From Nymphaea colorata (lineage: Eukaryota), in NCBI RefSeq assembly GCF_008831285.2, contig NC_045138.2, positions 22,506,001 to 22,570,000 on the forward strand: a stretch of DNA of 64,000 nt, written 5' to 3'. The translations under genes and the position numbers were made by a program. This document shows, piece by piece, positions 53,250 to 64,000 of the stretch (its first letter is position 1; each line of letters starts with the position of its first letter). The notes below the pieces were generated by a model. That model ran no database searches and was not told the DNA's origin. It was given only the letters and a program-made list of their open reading frames with translations.

Positions 53250-56030
53250 CTAAGGTGAGTGCTGTGCGTGCAAAGTAAGGCAAACCTGCTTTGTTAATGT
53301 CTATCTCATAATTTCTTCTTGTCCATCTTGTGGTAAGTAGATTTTCCTCCATTGAATGGGCTTCATATGTTTCGTCTCTCCTATCTCCTCTCACAGAAAC
53401 TTAAAGCAAGATCTTTCCAACCGCATGGTGAAAACAATGGCGAGCTTAAGGGTCGCTCTCATGTTGATGCATTGAAAGCTAACACATGCTTTATCAAACA
53501 GATTCTACATGCAAATCGTAGAACTTTTTGTTTCCATGATCAAAGCTTTTTTGGTCCACCTTGATTAGCTAGTAGAATTTGACATTGTCGTTTGGTGATG
53601 CGGTTGTACTGGAATTTAAGGATCGAATCTCGACCATTTTATGGGGAACGCACTAACCGGCCTGCAACCGGTTAGCAGCCTTGTCAACTTCCTGTCAATT
53701 CTTTTCCTAGACTTATCATCAGCCCCGATCCTTCCTTAAATTCACATAGGATTTTCCTTAGAATTTGTATTTGTCATCATGGTAGATTCTAGAATTTATA
53801 TCTTTCCTAATTTTCCAAACTTTTGGCAGCCTTATTCTGCAATTGCTCATACCCTTACTTAGACTTCTGAACAACATTTCTGTTACTACCAAGAAAAGGC
53901 ATGGCAACAAGGAATCACCTGGTCTGGGTCCACAGGTTGGGTGAACCAATCACCTTCGCTTCCATTGACAATGACTCTCAGGCTGCAGAAGACCCCTCAG
54001 GATTAGAGAGCAAATTATTGGAAGAATAAAGCAAACCCAAGTTTGAAATAGTTCTTTTACCTCACCTCCTTACTCTAGACACCATTGAGTTTAGACATCT
54101 CATTGGCAAATCAGCGTTGTCGTGTGGTCAAAGTGGGCTGGAGGTTCTTTTGTGAGACAAATCAATCTCCTTGTTACTAGTGACATCAAAAGCTCTTTGT
54201 TAAATGGAAGGCAAAAAACATTCAAAAAGGGTGGATGAATGATGATGCCCACGGTTATTGTGGGGGAAACAAGATTTATCATAGCAACAGTAGTCTCTTA
54301 GGCCTAGTATTCTACAATCACATGTAGTTGTCATCTGAGCAAGATGAGTATTTTGTCATACCGCCAACAAGAGGAACGAAACACCCACCCTTCCCCCCTA
54401 TTCCCTTAAGGTTTAAGTCTGTTTTCAGTGCCTTAGGTAAGCGCCCTACCTATGTTGCATGTCAGTATCCTCTTTTTACAGTATAGGAAGTTGGTGCCTT
54501 AGGCATTCGAAACAGAGACTGGCAACCTACCAGCCCACATGCCACCTGTTGCACCAACACCCTTGGGGATATTCTACAATCACATATATGAGAATCTAAA
54601 AAGTATAGTGATGAGTGAGGCTAATTCCCCTAGGTGGAACAAAACACAGCTATAGTTTGAAATTAGCATATGCAATCGTTGAGGAGGATGGGAGGTGTGT
54701 GAACCAATATTCGAATGCAATGATCTCATCTTGGCTTCCTCCTTACTCCACTTCTTGATCAGCCCAGCCCAAACAGGTGAAGAAAGTAATCTCATCATGC
54801 CTTTAGATGCCCAATTTAAAGCATTCCTCATTTTAGCCTCAGACCCTTTTTCTCTATTTTTCATTGTAACCCTACTCTAGCTTGAAGTGGTGTTCATGCT
54901 TCTAAAGTCTTTTTAAATGGCTTCAAAGTGATCGTAAGATCTCTTCGCTGGTGAGCAATTATTTGTTTTGTAATGTTTTTATATATTATTTTATTGAGTA
55001 AAGGTTAAGGTGCCTTCCCTTGGTAGGGTTTCAGTAAAATATAGGGTTACAATATATAAAACCTCTTTAAGTCCATAAGAACTCAAACTCTGGGCAACCT
55101 CTAAGTTGTTAGCAATAACATGCCAAATAAAACAATAACAAACTAAAGAGTCAAAAAGTCAAAAAGGTCACTTACCAAGGAAAGATATACTTTAATAAGA
55201 GCTTCATATTTTCTCAGAGAACTTTCCACAAAACTCCAAAACGAAAACCTTATTTTTGACTCATTCTTCTTAACCAAAAAGTTCAAAGAATGAGTATCTC
55301 TAAAATTTGGTACTAATTTATTTAACATTTGCTTCTAAATCTTCTCTTAACAGAGTTTGGGCATTCATACTGCTAGTTTCTAAATCTTTCTAAGCAAAAC
55401 AACTTTGTATTCTCTTGAAAGCTGCCTATATTAAACATTTTTTCGAAGGATGGTTCCAAAGCTTCAATTATCAAAATTTTCTCTTCCTTGACTCAGGAAA
55501 AAAAATCTAAAATCATCATTTGAAAAGCGTAGCAACCACAAAAATAGAAGTTGTAACATGATCCGTCTTCTTTGCAAACTTGAGGCACCCAACCCAATTA
55601 TCTATTAGACGGGATAAAACTCAATATGGTACCTTACCCTTGCATATAAGTAGCTTGTGGGAGAATCTGACGATTACTCAAGTAAGGTTAATAGAGGATC
55701 ACATGAGGACATTGAAGGTAGAGAATGTTGCACCTAGATATACTCCATTCTCTTATTGACAAAGCAGAATTTTGAAAGCAAAATTTGAGTCTCGTGGCTT
55801 ATAGATGGTGATAATAACACCGAAATTTACCAAGTCTATGTCAACCATAGTAGGGGGGAATATAATTTCCTCTATTATGGTTGATGACATTAGAGGGGAC
55901 TCACCAGCCCACATCCAAGCTTTAAGTAAGTCTTTCTTTGAGGTCTTTTACAAGGAAGACTCCTTACATGTAGTTGATATAAAAGCAGCTAGATTTGGTG
56001 AGAAACTGAGGTGTAGTTTGATCCCCTAGA
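53250..56030 (-). mobile_element. L1-type LINE ORF2 remnant
   Basis: RT motif GPRPGDSLLPCLFLVVTEML..IYHDD (cf. GLRQGDPLSP..YADD); FRF..W linker at ~55240; degenerate EN towards 56000. Confidence 0.75.
54324..54569 (-). mobile_element. tRNA-derived SINE, 246 bp, inserted in the LINE
   Basis: Perfect 16-bp TSD tattctacaatcacat (54308-54323 and 54570-54585); minus-strand A-box-like TGGTGCAACAGG and B-box-like GTTTCGAATG. Confidence 0.8.
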
Positions 56031-56816
56031 ATTTAATTCTAGAATGTTGATTTTGGAAATTCCTGATTCCAAAACTAATTCATGTTTGCCTAAGTGAATT
56101 CATGGTTTCCAGAACTAGCACTGAAACATTGTTTCAAAATTTTTGCAAAGATTGTGGATTAATCATGCAATGGTTTATAGAAGATTAACATTTTTTCAAT
56201 TTTTTTAAAACATAGTGGGATGTAGAACTAACTTTTTAAAAGGACACAACACCATTATGAAAATTGATAAAATCAATGGGTGGATTCAAAAAAAGTTATA
56301 AAATGTGATAAAAATTCTTCGCACTTTTTTTTTCCTTTTAATCATTGTTTTCTCTCTATTCCCTCCAGCAAGTTCTTCCCCTCTTCATAATTACTAGTGA
56401 CCGGCAATGCATCAGAGGTGATGACAAACTGGTCAGCGACATTGCTGAATCATCGGAAGAGAAACCCAACACCATATGAGGTGAGTTTCTCCTTTTTTAT
56501 GTTTTTTCTTTTTTGCTATTTTGTTTACGCTAGAAAGAAAACTATAGTAGACTTTGTCGACTATCCTTCTCTTTCTCTTGTCTCTGCATGGCTTCCATTG
56601 TTCATAATTTTCTAGACTCGCCCTCCATTTGCCTTCTTTTGCTTTAATGTCTTTCCCCCACCTGCCCTTTTCTTTGGGTCGTGTCTGAAGGTTGTGACTA
56701 TTTTGATAGTGCATTTGAGAGGAACGCAACAATAAAGTCTTCCAAAGCACCACCTCATTGCTAGATTTTGTGGCACACCTCGTAAATGGTGATGTTTAAT
56801 TTGCTATTCGGTTAGT

Positions 56817-57646
56817 TGTTCGTATCCTCAAAATTTTTATTGGTTTTTGGAGTGCTCTAAAAAAATAAGTTTTTGTTTTGAAAATGAGAGAGAAAGGGAC
56901 TCGCCTGTCGGAAAGAGGATCGACCGTTTCCGGTGCCTTTACCGGGAGTAATCAATCCAAGGGTTATGTTTATTATTAATGCATTTCATTTTTTGCTTAA
57001 ACATCTTTTTCATTCTATATGAGGGACAGTGTTTGAGAAAAATGTTGAAAGTTTGATGTTTCCAACTTTTGAAAATGTTTTTCAAGAATTATTTTAGAAT
57101 GTTAAACATTTTGGAGAAAACTAGAATTGGAAAATCTTTATAAATATCATTTGGAAAGCTTGAGAAATCATTTGGAAGTCATTTTAGTATTGTCTTAAGA
57201 CTTTAAGTAGGTTTGAGATTTTGCTATAATTTGGTTACAACCTAATTAGAGTTTCATCTCATCTTACTTAAGTTCTTTAAAGTGGTGTTTGTGGTCATAA
57301 GTGATATTAAGCGAATGTGAATGCATGAGTACATTGATCCTATATGATTAGAAAGAAAATGCATTCATACCATCACATACATCGAAGATTTTGTAATAAA
57401 TATTTTTTATAAAAGAAAAAAGTTTTTGAAAATGGAATTGGGTTGTACATCCTCCAGCATTATTCTAATAATTGGTCATTACTTTGATTTTTGGTCTTAA
57501 TAAAGTCGGCAAATGAAAATTAAATTCTTAAATGATAAGAGAAAAATATTGAAATAATGGAAAAGATGAAAGACTTTCATAAAGAGAAACGTAGAGAAAG
57601 AGAGAGAGAAAGAGATCTTGAAATCATAAAATCAAATATTTAAAAG

Positions 57647-57690
<44 letters not shown>

Positions 57691-60600
57691 ATAGATACGT
57701 ATATGAAAGCTTATTGAAATGAGGTTTAAATCAAATAGATAAGAGAAGATCATTTAGAAAGAGAGAGAGAGAGAGAAAGATTTTAAAATTAAATACATGT
57801 ATATATATTCATATATATGTATATGAGAGTTTGTAAAAGTATGTTAAATCATAAAAAGAGAATGACAAAGAAAGATATTCATGTACACGTATACGTATAT
57901 AACATATATGTACGCATATGTCTTCATGAGTATTAAAATCAAGAAATGAATTAAAAATAGTCAACTTCAATTTTTGATATAGGCCGGAGGAGAACTTGGG
58001 CTCATGCATGAACTTAAGTTAAGTCTCCAAGACCGTATTAGGGCATTTGGTTTTAAAAATCTTTTCAAAAACATGATTCTAAATATTTTTGTGTGAATAA
58101 AAACCACAACCATTACAAGAAAATTGATTTCTCCCACCATTGGGTATGGAAGAAAATAAAACAAAAACATGAAATCGAGAGCAATGTAGGAAGCACTCAT
58201 TGGGGTTCCTGAATGACATGAAAATGCATATTAACATGTACACATTCGTGAATGGCTTTCTTGGGTTGAAGAAATCCCAACCTCAAAATCAAAATAAGAA
58301 TGAATAAAAATCTCAACCCAAGCACTCATTCTCACTGTGCATTGTCTCATTGATTAAGAAAAAATTAGAATATCATGCTTAAACATCATCTCAAGCATCT
58401 ATAATGAGTGAGACAATATAACAAGTATACTTTTGGAAATAAAATGAAGAAATGAAATTTATTCCGCCTTACTCATACTCTCGGTACACTCAAGATATAG
58501 CATTCAATTCCGGGTAAGAAATCATTTGAGCTTTCTTGCACGGCCATGGGGAGATGGCAAGAGAAAAATAGGAAATTAAAATGGAGGATTACATACCTCG
58601 GATATGGATGAGTCTCCTCCTTTGAATGATTCGAGGATCACCTCGAATAAAGTTTCAAAATGATGAAATAATCCCTCTAAGAGGTCTTCTTGTGCCCCCT
58701 TGAGGAGTTTGAACCTGGAAATGCTTGCTCCCAATGTTCAAGTGAAATTCAAGTGATGAAGCATTAGAAATCCTCGAGGGGTTAGCTCATGCTCAAGAGG
58801 GAGGACTGTGGGGTATTTATATGGATTTTGGAGCCAAAATTCAAAATTTGAATTCAAGATTTGAATTAATGTGGGAAGAGTTTTGGAGCCAAAGTTCAAA
58901 ATTAAAAAATAAAAGGGTTGTTTAGTATAAAACTACTTTTTTATTTAAAATGTGTATAAAAAATTATTGTTGTTACAAAGGAGTGGGCCGACTCCGTTTT
59001 GAATGACTCTAAGTTTGTTTTAAATCCGAATTGGGTTCAATTGGTCATCAACGCATTCTAGCAAACGATTTAGGCTCAAAATGCATCTTGGCGCTAGAAC
59101 GAAACATAAAACAAAGGGAAGGCCCATGCGCGCGGTGCTCATAAATTCAAATTTTGTTGTTTTGATTTCGACTTTCGAATTTGAGTTTAGAATTATTGAT
59201 TTGGATCTAAATTTGGGTTTAGAAATCTATTTTGGATCGAATAGTCACAAATTTTCTTGGGGTCTAAAATTTAAATTCAAATAATAAAATAACGGTCTTT
59301 TTTGAAAAAATTGAGATGATAACAGATGCCCCTCTTTGTTACTAAATCGGCATTTGCCGTGCTTAGTGGCAAAGATAAGCACCCCAAATTTTGAGTGACG
59401 AAGATTTTGGTTAAAAAGATTAAAATGTCAGAACTGCATTTCAGGTTTTAACCTCTTACCTAAATGGGCTGTTTTGGCTTGCATTACAGTTTAACCCCTT
59501 TACCTGTGTGAGTTTCTTTGGCTTGCATTGCATGTTTAACCCATTTACCTACGTGAGTTGCTCTTTTATCCATATTTTAGGTTTTACCTATTTCCTGAAT
59601 GGGTTGCTCGATAACAAGTGGCAATGTCAGGAAAGAACCTTCATCACCTCGAATACCTTTGTTGAAGCAAGGAATGAGACCCTATTGCACATTCATTGGT
59701 TGTGACAAGAAACTTCCTATCACCACGAGTGCATTTTGGTGAAATTCTTGTTTTCACCAAAGGCTGGATTTTGAACTTGTTTAGTAAGATTCCCCAAACT
59801 AGCGCTTGGGTTGAGCTTACTTTGAAAAGCCCTTGACCACACGATCAAGTTGCCCTTGCTTCATAAGGTTTCCTTCCTCGCGACCAGGTTGAGATAGCTT
59901 TAAAATGCTCTGAACCTAGCAGCGGGATTGCACTTAATCAAATCTTTAGCTTAGTAGCTGAATCGATTTGATTGGGATATGATCCCATTTTTTTTATGGA
60001 CAATGATGATTGTGAAAAAAAAAAATATGTGTCACAAAAGCAATTTAGAAATGCCTCAAAAAATATTCATAATTAAAAAATACCCTAGTATTAGCAATTG
60101 TCATGATTGATAATGGATAGGATCTGATTCAAAACATAATGCACGAATGTACTGAGTAGAAGATAGAAGGTTGATACATTGATTGAATTGAAAATACTAG
60201 AAAATGCCCCAATGAAAAGAAGGTGTAGACAAAATTATATAAAGGAACAATTGATATGTTTTCCGCTAACAGGAAAATGAGGGTGCAAGGTAACATGAGC
60301 TTTGGTATGAAAGAATTTTTGTTTGATCTTTATTGACAAGAAATTGAGACAAAGCTTATAGGAAAGAAAATGAGAATATGATCAGTAGACAGTAATTCTC
60401 AATATGATCGGTAGACGGTAATTCTCATAGCGAGATATTATAGGACAATAAAGCATCTTAATTTTGAAATGATTAAATCTCAAGCAGAGTATAAATATAC
60501 AAGGTTTGATTCGGGAAGAAATTGGCTCAATTGGAGTATATGAATAAATTAAAAATGAGTGCCCAAGGATTGAAAATTCAATATGTTGGAGCAAAACAAA

Positions 60601-60834
60601 GATCTTGGAATAAATGATGACCCAATAAAATCATGGAAGTAGTAAATTGGGAAGAAATACACACAAATTATTTGGTTAAATATAAATGAGGAAAAAAAAA
60701 CGAATGTCTGATCTCAGTCAAACACGTGTTAATCACGAACTGAGATTGAGGTGAAGAAAATAATGGAAATTGCTTCAATAAAATGAATGCATAGACAAAA
60801 TTATATAAAGAAAATTGATATGTGAGGATGAAAG
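56817..60834 (-). mobile_element. Ogre/Tat-like gypsy element: 2.5-kb 3' LTR (56817-59324), PPT and 3' UTR
   Basis: TGTT...AACA termini; purine tract AAAGAGGGGCATC next to the LTR on the minus strand; adjacent hairpin; ~43-bp tandem repeats at 59440-59620. The lineage call is inferred from LTR size and layout, as no coding domains are present. Confidence 0.6.
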
Positions 60835-62000
60835 TGTTTGCACCCCCCAAAATTTTTGGTTGGTTTTGGAGTGCTCCAGAAAAATAAGTTTTTGTTTTAA
60901 AATAGGAAAGAAACGGACTCGCCCGTCAGTACGAGGGTCGACTGTTCTCAGCACCTTTACCGGGGGTAATCAATCCAAGGGCTATGTTTATTATTGATGC
61001 ATTTCGTTTTAACTTGAACATCTCTTTGATTCTATATGCGATGTAGAAAAATATTGAAAGTTTGATATTTCAAACTTTTAAAAAGGTTCTTGCTTGGAAA
61101 AACTAGAATGAAATCTTTGTGAATATCATTGGAAAACTTGAAAAGTCATTTTGAAATCATTTAAATATTCTCTTAAGACATTAAGTAGGTTTAAGATTTT
61201 GTTCTAATTCAGGTACCACCTAATTAGAGTTTTATCTCATCTTGTTTAAGTTCCTTTGGAGAGGTGCTTGTGATCATACGTGATGTTAAGTAAGTGAAAA
61301 TGAATGGATGCATTGATCCTATATGACTAAAAGGAAAAATCATTCATTCATACCATAATATTCATCTAAATGCATTTCTACCATAACATACATCTAAGAT
61401 TTTTGTTTTTATAGTTATCATATATAAGAAAGAAAAGTTTTTGAAAGTGGATTGGGATTGTAGTCCATCAAGCATGAATCCAATATTGGGTCATTACTTG
61501 AGTTGTGGTCTTAATGAAGTCAGTAAATAAAAATGATTTTAGAGAAGAAAAATGTCCAAAAGAATGCAAAAGATGAGATACTTGATTGTAAGAAAAATTA
61601 GAGAAGGAGAAAGAGAAAGAAATCTTGAAAATCACAAAATCAAAGATTTAAAAGAAAGAAAGATATGTCATACACATATACATATATATGTATATCTATA
61701 TACGTATGGATACATATATACAAGTTTATGAAAATGAGGATTGAATTTAGGTAGAAAAGGAAAATAAAGCTTTTAAAAGAAAGAGAGAAAGAGAGGGCAT
61801 TAGAAAAGATGCACAGACATGTGTATATACTATCACATATACGCATATATGAAAAATTGTAAAAACTTCATTGATTTGAATAAAGAGATAGATTTTAGAG
61901 GAAAAGAAATGGAGAATGATATAAATATATATAAGAAATTTGTAGATGAAGGCATTTGACTTAAAAAGAAACAAAGATTCTAGAGAGAAAAAGTAAGAGA

Positions 62001-62060
<60 letters not shown>

Positions 62061-64000
62061 TTCATATTGATACAAAAATTTGTAAAATGAAATATGTAAA
62101 CAAAGAAAGAGAATGATAAAAATCATCATGTGCACACACATGTATATAACATGTATGTCTTTATGAAATTAAAGATAAATTAAAACATCCGACTTCAAGT
62201 TTGATGTAGGCCGAAGGGGAGCTTGGACTCATGCAAGAGTCTAAGCTAAGTCTCCAAAGCCATATTAGAAGGTTTCTTTGAAAAATATTTTGGAAAATAT
62301 GATTTATATAAATATAGAATATTGTTATTCCATTGGTTGCAAGGGAATATGTTTCTTCCACCGTTGGGTATGGAATAAGCTCAAACCACACGATAAGGCG
62401 CTCATTAGGGTTCCTAATTGGATGATTAAAAAAAACTAACGCGAAATGATATGAAAATGCACTTTAACATGTACAAATTCGTGAAGGTTCTTCCCGCGTT
62501 GAACAAGCCCCAACCTCAAAATTAGATGAATAAAACAAAAGAATCTCAAACCATACTTTCATTCTCACCGTGCATTCACATATAAATGAAAAATCAAATA
62601 ACTATGCATAGATAGTATCAAAAAACTATATTTAAGAAAAGAAATAGAGCATAATTCAACTATGGAATGAAATTTCATCTTCTTATGTTCTTGGTGCACT
62701 CGAGCATAGCCTCTTGACTCTAGAGAGTTGAAAGTTATCTCTTATGGTTATGGAGAAATGAAAAAGAGAGGAAAATAAAAGGAAGCAAAAGAACAACAAG
62801 AATATATTCAACAAATGAAATAATATGACTCAAGCATGGAAATGAAAGATCATCCCATCTTTTCATGCTCCCAGTGCACTTGAGCATAACCTCTTGGCTC
62901 TAAAATATAGTTGCGAGTTAACTTTTTTGGCCATGGGAAAAGAAAGAATAGATTAAAGAAAATATGAGAGAAATGAGAGGGATGATTATTACATACCTCT
63001 AAATGAGAAAATGAATTAGGGAAAATGAACAATCATACTTGAATAAACTTGAATTCACCTTAAATAAAGCTCTAAGATAATGAAGATGAATCCTCCAAGG
63101 GATCTTTGGTACTCTCTTGAAGAGTTGTAGCTAGCTCCAAGTTGGAGAGAAATGAAAAGAGGAAAAGGGAAAGAGAGAGAGCTCAAGAGAAACCCTAAGT
63201 TTTCAAGTGAGAATACTCTATGGTTGCTCCCAATGGCCACTCTTACCCAAGCGAGGGGGAAGTGGAGGGTATTTATAAACATTTTGGAGCCAAAAACCCA
63301 AAATTTGAATTTCTTTTTAATTTCACCCTATTTTCATCAGAATTTCACATAATTTTGAATTATTTTGAAAAAGAAATGGTTTGAAAATGGGTATGATTGG
63401 CCATTAGGCTTATATAAATATATTTTTTTTAAAATGAGTTGGGCCTTTGTCCACCCAAAAAGACTAAGATCGCCCTCTAAAATGAGATTTTTTGTAAAAA
63501 AGAGGGACAAATGGGTATTGCCCACCAAAAAGGCCAAAATCATCTTCAGAATGTTCTTTGTCAAAAAGATGGACAAATGGGTCTTGCCCACCAAAAAGTC
63601 CAAAATCTTCCTCTAAAAGAAGGTTTTTTGTCAAAAAGATGGACAAATGGGTCTTGCCCACCAAAAAGAACAAAATCGCCTTTTAAAAGGAGGTTTTTTG
63701 TCAAAAGATAGGCAAATGGATCTTACCCACCACAAAGACCAAAATCGATCTATAAAAAGAGGTTTTTTGTCAAAAGGATAGAGTTTAGGGTTTAGGGTGG
63801 ATTTGAACTTGGGTTTTGGATCTAATTTGAATAAAAAAATGGCGTTTTGTGTTTTGATAAAAGTGTGTAGTCTTTTGGAAAAATTTGGAGTGATTACAGA
63901 AAGACAGTATCATGTGTATGAGCTTAGATATAAAAGAATTTTTTGATTTGTCTTTAATAGCAAACAATTGGGATAAAGCTGTAGGAAAGAAATTTATTGT
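60835..64000 (-). mobile_element. Second, diverged LTR of the same family, running off the window
   Basis: 60835-63310 aligns colinearly with 56817-58860 (e.g. cctttaccggg.gtaatcaatccaaggg.tatgtttattatt). Confidence 0.75.
63440..63780. repeat. Minisatellite, ~66-70-bp unit x5, inside the LTR
   Basis: ttttgtcaaaaagatggacaaatgggtcttgcccaccaaaaag..caaaatc repeated. Confidence 0.9.

Noticed and set aside
56817..64000. Retrozyme/hammerhead ribozyme in the LTRs
   Set aside because: No CTGANGA...GAAA core with compatible stems seen by eye; the LTRs are far longer than retrozyme LTRs. An Infernal scan would be definitive.

Overview
AT-rich flowering-plant nuclear DNA; the species cannot be named from the sequence alone. 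I can support one intact protein-coding gene. It is on the minus strand (CDS 28756->22438, 7 coding exons, about 1343 aa) and encodes a proton pump-interactor (PPI/BIP131-like) protein with a very long acidic N-terminal region, coiled coils and a C-terminal transmembrane anchor. Nearly everything else is decayed or non-autonomous transposon sequence: three Ty1/copia remnants, four L1-type LINE remnants, a hAT remnant, Ogre/Tat-like gypsy LTRs at the right end, tRNA-derived SINEs (one with a perfect 16-bp TSD, one in a head-to-tail array) and many MITEs. The most notable structure is a nest at 13.1-21.8 kb. A LINE is split by a copia element, whose gag is split by a 2.3-kb non-autonomous CACTA carrying a captured receptor-like-kinase exon with its splice donor. 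I found no rRNA, tRNA, CRISPR, viral or organellar sequence, and no evidence for a new multi-gene system. All alignments were made by eye, and most TE boundaries are approximate.
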